The notes beneath the pieces were generated by a model. The model was not told the DNA's origin and made no database searches. It saw only the letters and a program-made list of their open reading frames with translations. Position numbers and translations under genes: made by a program. This document shows, piece after piece, positions 1-10,080 of a DNA stretch of 64,000 bases. Within the stretch, counting starts at the first letter, position 1, and every line of letters begins with the position of its first letter. The stretch is taken from the NCBI GenBank assembly GCA_965203465.1, contig CBDBCR010000001.1, forward strand, positions 256,001 to 320,000, in the 5' to 3' direction. This DNA comes from Nitrosopumilaceae archaeon (GTDB taxonomy: Archaea > Thermoproteota > Nitrososphaeria > Nitrososphaerales > Nitrosopumilaceae).

Positions 1-15
1 CGCGCCATGGTATCT

Positions 16-876
16 TCAGTCCCGCAGCAGGCGCGCGCCGCGCCCGTCTATCCCGCACTCGAGCACCTCTGCTTCCGGATAGCGCCCGCAGAGGCGCCGG
101 CGCGCCCCTTCGGCCTCGCGCGCGGGCACCAGCGCAAAGACGGTCTCGCCGAACATGGCCACGCCGCAGCCGTAGTCCCGCAGAACCCCGGCCGCGCGCC
201 TCATGCGCGGCGTCATGACGTCGATGTACTCTGCGAATTCGAGCGACATTTCCTGGAACCTCTTGGCGCCGCCGCCGCGCAGCAGCTCCGAGACCATCCT
301 GCCGCCGAGGCCGTTTATGCCGGACATGCGGTTCTTTATGAATTCGGTCGTCGGCACGGGCGCAAAGCAGGCTATCACCGCGCGCACGCCCCCGTGCGGC
401 ATCTTTACTATCCTGCCGCGGCCCGGCGCGCCGGCCGAGACCCTGATCTCGAACCCGCCGTGGTAGGCCGCCAGCACGTCGCCCAGGCCCGTCCTGCATT
501 CGATCTCCGCCTCGTGGGCGACGCGGGCCGCCCCCTGCCGGCCCAGATTCGTGCCGAGCGCCGCGTCGAGCGCGTAGGCCAGCGAGAGGGCCGCCGCGGC
601 GCTGCAGCCCAGCCCGTATCCGACCGGCACGCCCAGCTCGTGGGTTATCCGGAGCTTTCCGGCAAAGCCGGACATCTGCCGGAACCGCCCGGCCACGTGC
701 TCGGACACCCGCAGGTCGCCCGGCTTGCGGCCCCGGACCAGGATCTCGGTGCCCTCCCCCTCCGAGGCCGAGACCTCGGTGGTCACGCCCAGTTCTATGG
801 AAAACCCGGCGCCCAGCGAGCCTCCCTCCTCGGCCTTGAAAAAGCCGGTCACGTGGGCGGGGCAGAAGGCCTTCAT
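16..876 (-). CDS. poK: Pantoate kinase (GHMP kinase family)
   Basis: N-terminal AFCPAHVTGFF, GHMP motif PVGYGLGCSAA, and AEIECRTGLGDV typical of archaeal pantoate kinase. Confidence 0.9.
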   Translation of the reverse strand: MKAFCPAHVTGFFKAEEGGSLGAGFSIELGVTTEVSASEGEGTEILVRGRKPGDLRVSEHVAGRFRQMSGFAGKLRITHELGVPVGYGLGCSAAAALSLAYALDAALGTNLGRQGAARVAHEAEIECRTGLGDVLAAYHGGFEIRVSAGAPGRGRIVKMPHGGVRAVIACFAPVPTTEFIKNRMSGINGLGGRMVSELLRGGGAKRFQEMSLEFAEYIDVMTPRMRRAAGVLRDYGCGVAMFGETVFALVPAREAEGARRRLCGRYPEAEVLECGIDGRGARLLRD

Positions 877-940
877 AGGCCCGGTTTAAACGGGGCAGAA
901 AATATAAGAATATGGCTTAAACGGTATAGGCCGATACTAA

Positions 941-1909
941 TTGGCTAGGTTCGTAAGAAAGCTGCAAAAGATAGGGAACAGCATACTGGTGACGCTGCCC
1001 AAAGAGTGGGTCGAGGCCAACGGGCTCGAAAAGGGCGGCCAGGTGGACTTGGAGACCGGTGCCAGCACGGTGGCCATCTCGGCGGGCCGCCGGGGGCGCG
1101 AGCGCGAGCTGGCCATACCGTACCCGCTGCCCCGGGGCGAGAACATAGCCGCCGACATCACCGGCGGGTACCTTTTGGGGTACGACGCGATCACGGTGCG
1201 GTCGGATTCGGCGATATCCGAGACGGACAGGGAGCTGGTGCGCGATTCGATGAGGCGGCTGGTGGGCATGGAGATAACCGAGGAGGAATCCTCGCGGATA
1301 CGGATGCAGTTTTTGCTGGACATCGGGACGGTCCGGCCCGACCAGGTGCTGCGGCGGATAAGCTCCATCGCGGCCGGCATGTTCAGCGACGTGGCCGGCG
1401 CGCTGCTCTCCGAGGAGCGCTCGGCCCTCGCGTCGCTGCGCAACCGGGATCTGGAGGTCAACCGGCAGTACTTTTTGCTGGTCAGGCTCACGCGCAGCGC
1501 CTCGGCCGGGCTGCCGGGCATGCCGGACATGGAGAACATCGACATACTAGACTACCGCGTGGCCGCCAACCTGCTCGAAAGCGGCGGCGACCAGATAGTG
1601 GAGCTGGGCAGGGCCGTGCTCGGCTCGGAGCTTGCGCCTTCAGAGCTGGGCGATTTGCACGGGGCCGCCTCGGGGTTCGAGGAGATGTCCTCAAAGTCGC
1701 TCGACGCGTTCGTCAACCGCGACCGGCCGCTGGCCATCGAGGCCATCTCGATGCACCGCCGGTACCGGGAGTCGCTGGCCCGGATGCGGGCCGACCTGCA
1801 CGCCAGCTCGGCGCCGGCGGCCCTGGTGGACCTTGCGTACGCGTTCGGGCGCGCGGCAAAGCCGTGGGAGGACGTGGCAGACCTGGTCACGCCGGTGTAC
1901 GGGCCCTAG
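941..1909 (+). CDS. phoU: Phosphate uptake regulator, AbrB-type DNA-binding domain plus PhoU domains
   Basis: RKLQKIGNSILVTLPKEWV AbrB N-terminus, GYLLGYD, and PhoU repeats (DLEVNRQYFL; ANLLESGGD); TTG start. Confidence 0.85.
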   Translation: MARFVRKLQKIGNSILVTLPKEWVEANGLEKGGQVDLETGASTVAISAGRRGRERELAIPYPLPRGENIAADITGGYLLGYDAITVRSDSAISETDRELVRDSMRRLVGMEITEEESSRIRMQFLLDIGTVRPDQVLRRISSIAAGMFSDVAGALLSEERSALASLRNRDLEVNRQYFLLVRLTRSASAGLPGMPDMENIDILDYRVAANLLESGGDQIVELGRAVLGSELAPSELGDLHGAASGFEEMSSKSLDAFVNRDRPLAIEAISMHRRYRESLARMRADLHASSAPAALVDLAYAFGRAAKPWEDVADLVTPVYGP

Positions 1910-2421
1910 AGGCGGGCGCGCCACGCAGAGTACGCAAGGGCAGCGCACACGGTCTTTGAGTCGCGCACGCGGCCGGCGCGGATCATGCGCAGCAGCCTGC
2001 CCATCTCTATCTTTTCGACCGAGATTATCTCGTCGGGGTCCGGCGAGGGCGCCGACGAGGGCCTGGCCGAGCGCGCCAGGTAGCAGTGGATCTCCTCGGT
2101 GTTGTAGCCTATGGACGGGTGGTACGTGAGAAGGTGCACGAGGCGGCCGGGCGCGTAGCCGGTCTCTTCGAGCATCTCGCGGCGCGCGCACGCCCTCGGA
2201 TCCTCGCCCCTCTTCATGGTGCCGGCCGGTATCTCGAGGACGTAGCCGTGGGGGAAGCGGTGCTGCCTGACCATTATCACCTTGCCGTCGGGATCGAAGG
2301 CAAGCACGGCTGCCGCGCCCGGGTGCTCTATGACCTCGCGGACCACGAGCCTGCCGGCCGCGCGCGTGCGGTGCACGCTCAGGCCAAGCACCCTGCCCTT
2401 GTAGATGCGCTTCCTGACCAC
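1906..2421 (-). CDS. NUDIX hydrolase (ADP-ribose pyrophosphatase-like)
   Basis: Nudix box GTMKRGEDPRACARREMLEETGY; REVIEHPGAAAV; DSKT. Confidence 0.9.
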   Translation of the reverse strand: MVRKRIYKGRVLGLSVHRTRAAGRLVVREVIEHPGAAAVLAFDPDGKVIMVRQHRFPHGYVLEIPAGTMKRGEDPRACARREMLEETGYAPGRLVHLLTYHPSIGYNTEEIHCYLARSARPSSAPSPDPDEIISVEKIEMGRLLRMIRAGRVRDSKTVCAALAYSAWRARL

Positions 2422-2466
2422 GAGGCGCGCTCCGGCCGTGTATATTCAAGGGTTGCGGGGCGGGGC

Positions 2467-4209
2467 TCAGAAGCGGATGCCCAAGAGGCCCCCGTCGTCG
2501 CGCGCGTCGGTGAACGTCGCCGCTACCTTGGAGTCGAAATCGAAAGTCGGATCAAAGTCGCCGCGCGGAACCGTGTCCGAGTTTAGCATGCAGACGTACT
2601 GGAACGACTCCTTTTCGGCCTCGTCTGATGCAAGCTGCAAGGCGAGGGCGGTCTGGCGCTCGTCCACGCCGTCGAACAGCGCGCTGTCGTGCACCAAAAA
2701 CCCCGGGGAAGTTTTCCGGCGCGCCCACAGCTTTGCGAGCATCAGATCGTAGCAGAATATCTTCATGTTTTCGAGGCCGGCGCTTCCGGAGCGCTCGATC
2801 TCGACTTTGAAGTCGTAGCCGCCGTCCCCGGTGTCTATGGACAGGGCGCCGGGCGCCTCGTACAGCTTTTGCGAAAAAGAGTTGAAGGCGAGGATCGCCG
2901 CTTCCTTTTGGGCCCTGCGCTCGTCCAGATCCGCGTTTGTCTGCTGTATTGCCGTTTTCACCTCTATCTCGATCCTGTTTTTCTCCTCGCTCAGCTTTTT
3001 CATGTTTTCAAGCTTTGCAGCGACGGCTTCCAGTTCTCCTACCAGCCGCTGGTGGTTTGCCTGCATCCGGGAAAACTCCTCCAGCGCGCCGTGCGTTTCG
3101 AGGATCTTCATTAGTTCGGACTTTTCAAGATCTACCGCCTTCATCCGGGCAGTTCTTTTCTCAATATCGTTTTCTAGGCGGGCGATCTCCGACGCCAGAA
3201 AACTTCTTCGGTTGGCAACTACTTGGCGGTGGAACGCCGTGACCTCGTCCAGTTGTTTCAGCAGCCTTTCTGAAAACACCACTCCGGCCTCCGCATACAT
3301 CTCGGCGACCTGCTCGGCGCTGGCGTCTTTCTCGCTTACGGTGCTGTCCCTGTACGAGGACAGTAGCCTTTTGTCGCCAAAGTTCAAGTTGGACAGGCCT
3401 ATGACGGTTTTGGCCATCTCGTCCGCTTTTGCCTCGACCTCGTAGTACTGCTCGTGTACCCTGAACGCCTTCAGGTTTTTTTCCTCCCGCGCGATCTGGT
3501 CTTCCAGCCGTATCTTGGCAGACTCTATCTCGCCTTTTTTCCCCACCATGTCGGACATGATGCCGGTGGTGACCGCCTTCCTCAACTCCCTGAGGGTTCT
3601 GCGCTCGTCCTGCAAGAGCCGCAACCGCGCCGCAAACTCCCATCCAAGCCCTAGCAGGTACGCGTTGTTCACGTTGATGTCCCACGGCTGTTGCTGTCGG
3701 CTTTGCCTGTAAAATTCTCCGTAGCCGTGCGCCTTGCCGCCGCGCCGGACAAAGTACGAGATCAGGCTCCTGAACGTGGGGTGATATTTCGTCCCGTACC
3801 CAATATCCAAACCGCACATCAGCGCGCCGAGTACATCGTTCCATACAGTTTGTGAGAAATACTGGTCGCCGTTGTGATCGACGGACGGCTCGACCGGCCA
3901 CCCCGAGCAATCGCCCTCAACGACGATGTTTTTTGAGTTGCCGGTGTTTCTGCGTACGTTGTATGTGCGGGTGCCGATGTCAAGCGAGACTACAAACTCC
4001 CATCCGTCGACCTCTTTTTTGGCCAGCGTTCCGGAAGGTTTCCCGCCCAGGCAGAAATGCACGATCTCTGTCAACGTAGACTTTCCAAGTCCGTTACGAG
4101 AGTCCCGTTCGGTCGCCTGCTCTACGCGATCGGCCAAGATTACGTTCATGCCTCTTTTGAAGAGGATTTTTCTAAAAGATGGCCGATCGGAGCTGACGGA
4201 GCGTATCAT
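2467..4209 (-). CDS. lmuB: SMC/Rad50-like ABC ATPase (DUF2326-type) of an ABC-three-component/Lamassu system
   Basis: Walker A RNGLGKST, long coiled coil, signature GSAG, Walker B FLVHDS..FDGVD; ATGA overlap with the upstream small gene. Confidence 0.85.
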   Translation of the reverse strand: MIRSVSSDRPSFRKILFKRGMNVILADRVEQATERDSRNGLGKSTLTEIVHFCLGGKPSGTLAKKEVDGWEFVVSLDIGTRTYNVRRNTGNSKNIVVEGDCSGWPVEPSVDHNGDQYFSQTVWNDVLGALMCGLDIGYGTKYHPTFRSLISYFVRRGGKAHGYGEFYRQSRQQQPWDINVNNAYLLGLGWEFAARLRLLQDERRTLRELRKAVTTGIMSDMVGKKGEIESAKIRLEDQIAREEKNLKAFRVHEQYYEVEAKADEMAKTVIGLSNLNFGDKRLLSSYRDSTVSEKDASAEQVAEMYAEAGVVFSERLLKQLDEVTAFHRQVVANRRSFLASEIARLENDIEKRTARMKAVDLEKSELMKILETHGALEEFSRMQANHQRLVGELEAVAAKLENMKKLSEEKNRIEIEVKTAIQQTNADLDERRAQKEAAILAFNSFSQKLYEAPGALSIDTGDGGYDFKVEIERSGSAGLENMKIFCYDLMLAKLWARRKTSPGFLVHDSALFDGVDERQTALALQLASDEAEKESFQYVCMLNSDTVPRGDFDPTFDFDSKVAATFTDARDDGGLLGIRF

Positions 4210-4430
4210 GACTGCCTCCGCAACATGCCGTCCTCATACGCGACTATTCCGAGCATGAACAAGAGATCCAGGCCCAGGATGAACCTGTCGAACGTGCCTA
4301 CTTCGGGCCTGCGCCGGCACCTGTCCCAAAGCACAGTCACGGTGGAGGCGCGTTCCATCTCCTCTATTATGACGCCGCCTGCATAAAGCATGGATCTCGA
4401 AAGCGTGAGGTGTTTTGTAGGCAGTATCAC
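4206..4430 (-). CDS. lmuC: ABC-three-component middle component (MC6-like / LmuC)
   Basis: 74 aa, MILPTKHL...SMLYAG...FILGLDLLFMLG; lies between effector and ATPase with 4-bp overlaps on both sides. Confidence 0.8.
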   Translation of the reverse strand: MILPTKHLTLSRSMLYAGGVIIEEMERASTVTVLWDRCRRRPEVGTFDRFILGLDLLFMLGIVAYEDGMLRRQS

Positions 4431-5167
4431 TTTTCAAACACCTCGCATTTTTCGAACAAATAGACAAGCACCGCCAGTCCGGCAGCCTCGTAAAGAAAGT
4501 CCTTGTTCTGGCATGCAAACAGCCGCAGGGCTTCAAAGAGATCGTCTCCGACAAGCCCCTTGCCCGACTGCATCTCGTATTGACGTACAAAGCCTGCTGC
4601 CAACCGCTCTCCAAAGCGGGCGTCCGGATGCTTGTCTATAAAGCTGCCCACCTGTTTTACCTGTGTCGTTCCGATTAGGATGAGCTGGCGCGTGCGTGCG
4701 GACAGGTGGTTTTTGTTGATTTTCTCTCGTATGTGGGTGAGAACATACGACGGTTCGCCCTCGGGCTCGTTTTCCGCCAAATACCGCGTGATGCCGTCCA
4801 ACTCCGCAAAGGACACCTCGTGCATGTGTTCCTCCGTGGATTTTATTATCCATTCTTCGTGTTCTTGCTTGATTCTGCGCAGCCTGCCGATCGTGTATGT
4901 CTTGGGATCGCCGTCGATCTTTTTGTGGCAGTTTGCGCATACGAGGATCAGGTTGCCGGCGGAGTTCCTGTCGGACTCGGGCATTTCTGCGTCAAATCTG
5001 GCCGAACCCGGCCTGTTGCCGGCAATGTGCGCCAGCTCGCCCAAAACGCCGCCGTATGCCGAATCGTCTGCAGTTTCCACCAGTCTTTTGCGGCATTCGG
5101 GCAGCGCGCAACGGTTCCCGCTGCTAATCCAGACGGGCCTTTTAGAGCGATCTGGCGGGCGTTCCAT
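4427..5167 (-). CDS. lmuA: HNH endonuclease effector fused to an ABC-3C C-terminal domain (LmuA-type)
   Basis: SGNRCALPEC...AHI...NLILVCANCHKKID HNH; C-terminal EKINKN...YLFEKCEVFEK. Confidence 0.85.
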   Translation of the reverse strand: MERPPDRSKRPVWISSGNRCALPECRKRLVETADDSAYGGVLGELAHIAGNRPGSARFDAEMPESDRNSAGNLILVCANCHKKIDGDPKTYTIGRLRRIKQEHEEWIIKSTEEHMHEVSFAELDGITRYLAENEPEGEPSYVLTHIREKINKNHLSARTRQLILIGTTQVKQVGSFIDKHPDARFGERLAAGFVRQYEMQSGKGLVGDDLFEALRLFACQNKDFLYEAAGLAVLVYLFEKCEVFEK

Positions 5168-5298
5168 GCCCTGCCGCGTTTTTGATCGTATTTAAAACCA
5201 GAATGTCTGATCGGCGCACCAGCGGCTCGCTGAAAATCGCCGACACCGGCCGGCGACCCGCAGCTGCACGGAAGGCTCGATCCGCGGAGGCCCCAACG

Positions 5299-5490
5299 CT
5301 AAGCCTTCCCCCTGATGTCTATGCTGAATTCGCCGCCTCCGCCCAGTTCTTCGTGCATCAACTCCACGGCTTCGAGCGCGTTGCGCGTCGTCCGCATTTC
5401 TGCCCTGCGTTACGACGCCGAGTTCGGGGCATCTTGCCACAAACATCCCGTCCTCGCCGCCCTCGAGCGTCACCACATGCGCGTCTCTTA
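5299..5490 (-). pseudogene. Frameshifted HicB-like antitoxin
   Basis: EDGMFVARCPELGVVTQGRNADDA continues after a frameshift as NALEAVELMHEELG...IRGKA*. Confidence 0.65.
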
Positions 5491-5738
5491 GATTGGACTG
5501 CGCCGTGTGGGCCTGCACGCCAATCTCTGTATGAACAACCAACTCTGTCGGCGTTTTATCCGCTCCAATATATTACGATTGGTGCGGCGCCGGTATGCGC
5601 CGGCCCTCCTACCGGACAGGCTCGTCGGTGGCAGGAGGGGGCCAGCCAAAGACGGCGTGTTACGACCGTCCGCGATATGTTTTTAATGGTCGGTATTAGC
5701 GCATCGCCATGTCTCCTGTATTCGCCCGCAGCTTTAAC

Positions 5739-5756
5739 GGGGGGGGGGGGGGGGGG
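5739..5756 (+). repeat. G18 homopolymer directly after a TATA-like TTTAAC, upstream of the 5800 operon
   Basis: gctttaac followed by 18 G, then catt. Confidence 0.85.
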
Positions 5757-5799
5757 CATTTGCGGCATACGTTGACATTTTGCACGCGAGCTGGTCTCC

Positions 5800-7626
5800 A
5801 TGAAGCTCCACTGGTCGTTCCCGCCCACCAGCGGAGGCGTATCCCAGGGCTTCCATGACAGCGGGCAGGCGATATTTGGCGCGGACGCGTGGGACAAGAC
5901 AGTGCGCGAGATCATACAAAACTCGCTGGACGCCGTCCGCGACTCGGGCAAGCCTGTCACAGTCCGCATATCTCGCATGCAGGTGCCAAGCTCCGAGATC
6001 GGCGCGGCAGATCTTGCAAGGCACATCGAGAGCGCGCTGAAGCGCACGCGCAGGGACGGGTACGAAAGGGGAGTCAAGTTCTTCCAGCGCGCCCTCAAGA
6101 TCCTGAAAAAGCGCCAGATTCCCACGTTGGCCATAGTCGATTCCAACACGTCGGGTCTGGTCGGCCAGAAATGGAACGCGCTTGTGCACGAAGAGGGCAC
6201 GTCCAGCAAGGGCACGATGAAGGCTGCAGGCGGAAGCTTTGGCATAGGCAAGAACGCCCCGTACCTGATCTCGGGAGTCAAGACCATCTGCTATTCGACC
6301 CGCTACTTGGACAGGGGCAGGCAGGAGTGGTTCATAGCGCGCTCCAAGATATCGGCGCACCAGGATCCCAAACAAGCGGACAGGGAACTACAGCACATAG
6401 GGTTCGGCACCAAACCCAAAGTCGCCAAAGGAGAGCGCGCCCCGCCAACCCGGGGGAAGGAGATCTACCGGGGATTCCGACTTGCCGAGCCCGGCACGGG
6501 CATCTTCATCGTCGGCTCTGACATACCCGAATCGTGGATCAGCAAGTCGGAGCAGTCGCTGGCGCGCAACTTTTTTGCGGCAATACACGAGAAGAAACTA
6601 GAGATCGTCATAGACCAGAGGCGCCTCGACTACGAAACGCTCGATTCGGTGTTCGAATCTGACAAAAAGCACAGGACGTACCACTACTACCGCCTTATGC
6701 GCGGATCAAAGCCCGCTTACGTAGAGGGCGAGTTCGGAAAGTTCGAGGTCTATCTGTCCACGGACGAGGAAGACGCGCCAAACCGCATGGCGTACGTCAA
6801 CCGGAGGGGGATGATGATCACAGACGTCCGGCAGTTTGGGAAAAACCCGTTCCACACGTCGGTGGGACAGGGCTGGGCCCAATACGCGGTGGTGGTAAGG
6901 GCCGCGGACGACAAAACCGACGAGCGCGTGCGGGCCATGGAGCCGCCCAGCCACGACTCGATAGAATATGAGCGGATCAACGACCGCGACCACGCCAAAG
7001 TCCGCGGCCAACTCAAGGAGATACAGAAAAAGATCGAGCAACTGACGCTCGACGCTCTCAACCAAAGCGGCAAATCCGGCGAGACCGTCTTGTCAGAGAT
7101 CGAAGCGCTCGGGGAAGAGGGCCCAGACGGCTCTGGAAACGGCAAAAGCGACCAGAATCTGACAATCCGCACGATACGCACAAGGCACAAAAAAACCATG
7201 GACAAGCCCGGCGATCCGGGCCCAGAGATCATAGTGGACAAACCTGGCCACGACGGCAAGAAAAGAGTTCCAAAGCCTCCCCAAGAACCCTCTCCAGAGA
7301 CGGTCATCAAGGGAATCTCGTCACTTGACAGGCAACGCGTAATGCGCCACCGCAACAAGATCAGAGTCGCCTTTACCCCGCGGGCGGACAGCGTGCATTT
7401 TGCGCTAAAGCCGGCAGGCGAGGAGCCAAAACGCCAACGCTCAATCAGCATAAAGCAGGCAAAGATTGTCCTGCCTGCCGATATACGGGCAGACGTTCGA
7501 GACGATGTGGTGTCTATACGTGCAGGCGACTGCCCGAGGGTTGTAGTGGATCTAGAGGTGGACGACGATGCGGCCTATACAGGCTACGAAATCCTAGAGT
7601 ACGTCGTTCCGGGTGGCGCGCGATGA
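5800..7626 (+). CDS. GHKL (HATPase/MORC-like) ATPase domain protein
   Basis: Bergerat-fold motifs VREIIQNSLDA, D-SNTSGL, GGSFGIGK and GT. Confidence 0.75.
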   Translation: MKLHWSFPPTSGGVSQGFHDSGQAIFGADAWDKTVREIIQNSLDAVRDSGKPVTVRISRMQVPSSEIGAADLARHIESALKRTRRDGYERGVKFFQRALKILKKRQIPTLAIVDSNTSGLVGQKWNALVHEEGTSSKGTMKAAGGSFGIGKNAPYLISGVKTICYSTRYLDRGRQEWFIARSKISAHQDPKQADRELQHIGFGTKPKVAKGERAPPTRGKEIYRGFRLAEPGTGIFIVGSDIPESWISKSEQSLARNFFAAIHEKKLEIVIDQRRLDYETLDSVFESDKKHRTYHYYRLMRGSKPAYVEGEFGKFEVYLSTDEEDAPNRMAYVNRRGMMITDVRQFGKNPFHTSVGQGWAQYAVVVRAADDKTDERVRAMEPPSHDSIEYERINDRDHAKVRGQLKEIQKKIEQLTLDALNQSGKSGETVLSEIEALGEEGPDGSGNGKSDQNLTIRTIRTRHKKTMDKPGDPGPEIIVDKPGHDGKKRVPKPPQEPSPETVIKGISSLDRQRVMRHRNKIRVAFTPRADSVHFALKPAGEEPKRQRSISIKQAKIVLPADIRADVRDDVVSIRAGDCPRVVVDLEVDDDAAYTGYEILEYVVPGGAR

Positions 7627-8468
7627 GCCACGAGACCCTGCTGCTGCCACACCCCGTGCTCAGGCCGGACGGCTTTGACTACAAGGACGCGAGTTTTGAA
7701 ATGGAGGTCAAGGCCAGACGGGCCGACGGCCAGCTGCTCGCGGACGTTTCGTTCGCGTTGTCCAGCTCCACCCTGAACGAGATGGTCGAATCGGGCCGGG
7801 CGCGGTTCTTTGTGCTCGCAAAATGCGCTAGGACGTACCACCGCTGCGCGTGCAGCTCCGGCCGCACCGCGCTCCGGCTCGCAATACCGTCGGGAGACGT
7901 CACGGACTCGGTCAAACTCACCCCGTACGTGGTCGCCTCCCGGGAGATCCAGTGGTTTGCATCCGACGAGCACGACGACGAGATCAGAGACATGGGTGTA
8001 TCTGGAACCGTGCCGCCCGGCGCGATACTGGCGGTGGGGGAGTCGCGCGCGATCGAGCTCGATTCCCTCAATTCCGTCCAGACTTACATCAAGCTGAGCT
8101 CGCAAGAGAAGATGAGCAAAGGCCTGTATTCGCTGGGAGCTCAGGGGGACTCTATCGTGATTACGATGAATCCCGAGACATACGCGGCCGTCACCCTGAT
8201 ACGCGGCCATGCAAGGGTCCTGCTGTATTCTTCGATATACACGGCAGCCCTCGAATACGCCATCCACAAAATGGACGACTGCAGCGAAAGCAAGTGGGCC
8301 AAGGCGCTCAGAAAAGCGTTGGAGGAAAACGGCATAGACGCCGAAACCGCGCGCGACAAGGCCAACCTGCACGCGCAGACCTTGCTGAAACTACCGCTGG
8401 CGATGCTCATCGATTGGCACAGCGCGCGGGGCGGGGTTTCGCCGCCGGGAGAGGAAGATGCCGAATAG
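7623..8468 (+). CDS. Hypothetical protein (PHPVL N-terminal motif), partner of the GHKL ATPase
   Basis: 281-aa ORF with ATGA overlap to the upstream gene and overlap with the downstream gene. Confidence 0.7.
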   Translation: MSHETLLLPHPVLRPDGFDYKDASFEMEVKARRADGQLLADVSFALSSSTLNEMVESGRARFFVLAKCARTYHRCACSSGRTALRLAIPSGDVTDSVKLTPYVVASREIQWFASDEHDDEIRDMGVSGTVPPGAILAVGESRAIELDSLNSVQTYIKLSSQEKMSKGLYSLGAQGDSIVITMNPETYAAVTLIRGHARVLLYSSIYTAALEYAIHKMDDCSESKWAKALRKALEENGIDAETARDKANLHAQTLLKLPLAMLIDWHSARGGVSPPGEEDAE

Positions 8469-10080
8469 CCTGTACAAGCTTTCGGACGAGGCGTTCATCT
8501 GGCTGTACGATAACGTCGACAGCAACCTCGATGCGTACAGAGATCCCGACGCGGACTTTGGCCTCTTGCTGAGCAAGTTTGGCAATTATCTAGAGCCGGT
8601 CAATGCGCGCTTTGAGCGGCCACCCGAACTCCGGGATCCGGCCGAGTACGACGCAAGCGCCAGAAAAAGCCACCTTTCGGACGTACAGGCGCTGGATTTC
8701 TACCGCTCCATCAAGGGGATGACGCCCGAGCTTGCAGCAGATCCGCGAGTTCTTGCGTACATGAACCATTTCCACCTGCACCGCTACGGCATAAGCCGGT
8801 GGCCCGTAGGCGGCAAGGATCCGGCCCACCACGCGCGCCTCCACTGGCTCACGCAGGGCACTGAAATCAGCCAGATATGGAACGGGAGCATCAGCGGACG
8901 CATGTGGTGGATAGCGCACACGGCCACCATGGCGGCGAAGGCGTCGGGCGGAGCATTCGAGGCCGAAGAAGCGATGCAGATCTTTTCGCGCTCGCCCGAA
9001 TACTACCACCGGACGATGGAATACGCCGTGCTCCGGAACCCGCTTCTCATGGCAGAGTGTGTGCGGGCATTGATGCGCGAGGCGCGCGGCATTAACCGCG
9101 ACGGGTACCGGGAGATTGGCATGGAACTGAACCGGGAGGCGGGCGCGCGGTTGCTGGATTCGCTCGATCGCGCCAGTTTGCGAGATCTGGTCAAGAGATC
9201 CGCGGGCCGGATAATGAAGGAGCCCAAGTTCGTGACCAGCAGGCACGATCTTGCCGGCGTCAGGAAATACCGGGTCCTCAGCTTGGGGGCGGGCGCGCAG
9301 TCGACGGTGCTGGCCCTGATGGCCGAAGAGGGGTGGGAGGGGCTGGAAAAGCCCGATTTGGCAGTCTTTGCGGACACGCAGTGGGAGCCGCCGGCAGTCT
9401 ACGAGCACCTAAAGTGGCTGGAAGGCAAGCTCTCGTACCCGGTAGCGCGTGTCACGGCGGGCAACATCCGGGAAAACATCATGCGCGGCGTCAACTCGGA
9501 CGGCGACAAGTTTCTTGACGTGCCCGTGTTCCTGCGCAACCGGGACGGCACGCCTTCGGTGGCGGCAAGGCAGTGCACCAACCACTACAAGATAACGCCC
9601 ATACGCAAGGAGATCCGGCGGCGGCTGCAGATCCCGGACGGGCAGAGGGCCCCCAAGGACATACAGGTGGAGATGTGGCTGGGAATAAGCGCCGACGAAT
9701 CGGAAAGGATGAAGCCAAGCAGGGACGAGTGGATAGACAGGCGCTTTCCGCTGGTCGAAATGGATCTTACGCGGGCCGACATCTACAACTGGTTCGCTGA
9801 CCGGTATCCGGGACAGCGCCTGCCGCGCAGCGCCTGCGTGGGGTGCCCGTACCACGACGACATGGAATGGAAGTGGCTAAAGGAGAACGAGCCCGATTCC
9901 TTCCGGGAGGCGGTGCTCGTGGACAGGGCAGTGCGCACCATCCCGGAGGCGCGCGGGTCGCTGAACGGAGAAGCGTACCTGCACAGGTCGAGGAAGCCTC
10001 TGGACGAAGTGGACTTTGACGGCACGCGCGACTATGACGAGTATATGGCCAGCGAATGCGAGGGGTTGTGCGGTGTCTGA
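8458..10080 (+). CDS. Fusion: DUF6339-like N-terminal domain plus PP-loop / PAPS-reductase-like (adenine nucleotide alpha hydrolase) domain
   Basis: N-terminal A(A)DPR..AYM.H, Y..SRW, NGSISGRMWW; C-terminal VLSLGAGAQST, FADTQWEP, RQCT..YKI.PI, LGISADE..R, SACVGCP, ECEGLCG. Confidence 0.7.
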   Translation: MPNSLYKLSDEAFIWLYDNVDSNLDAYRDPDADFGLLLSKFGNYLEPVNARFERPPELRDPAEYDASARKSHLSDVQALDFYRSIKGMTPELAADPRVLAYMNHFHLHRYGISRWPVGGKDPAHHARLHWLTQGTEISQIWNGSISGRMWWIAHTATMAAKASGGAFEAEEAMQIFSRSPEYYHRTMEYAVLRNPLLMAECVRALMREARGINRDGYREIGMELNREAGARLLDSLDRASLRDLVKRSAGRIMKEPKFVTSRHDLAGVRKYRVLSLGAGAQSTVLALMAEEGWEGLEKPDLAVFADTQWEPPAVYEHLKWLEGKLSYPVARVTAGNIRENIMRGVNSDGDKFLDVPVFLRNRDGTPSVAARQCTNHYKITPIRKEIRRRLQIPDGQRAPKDIQVEMWLGISADESERMKPSRDEWIDRRFPLVEMDLTRADIYNWFADRYPGQRLPRSACVGCPYHDDMEWKWLKENEPDSFREAVLVDRAVRTIPEARGSLNGEAYLHRSRKPLDEVDFDGTRDYDEYMASECEGLCGV

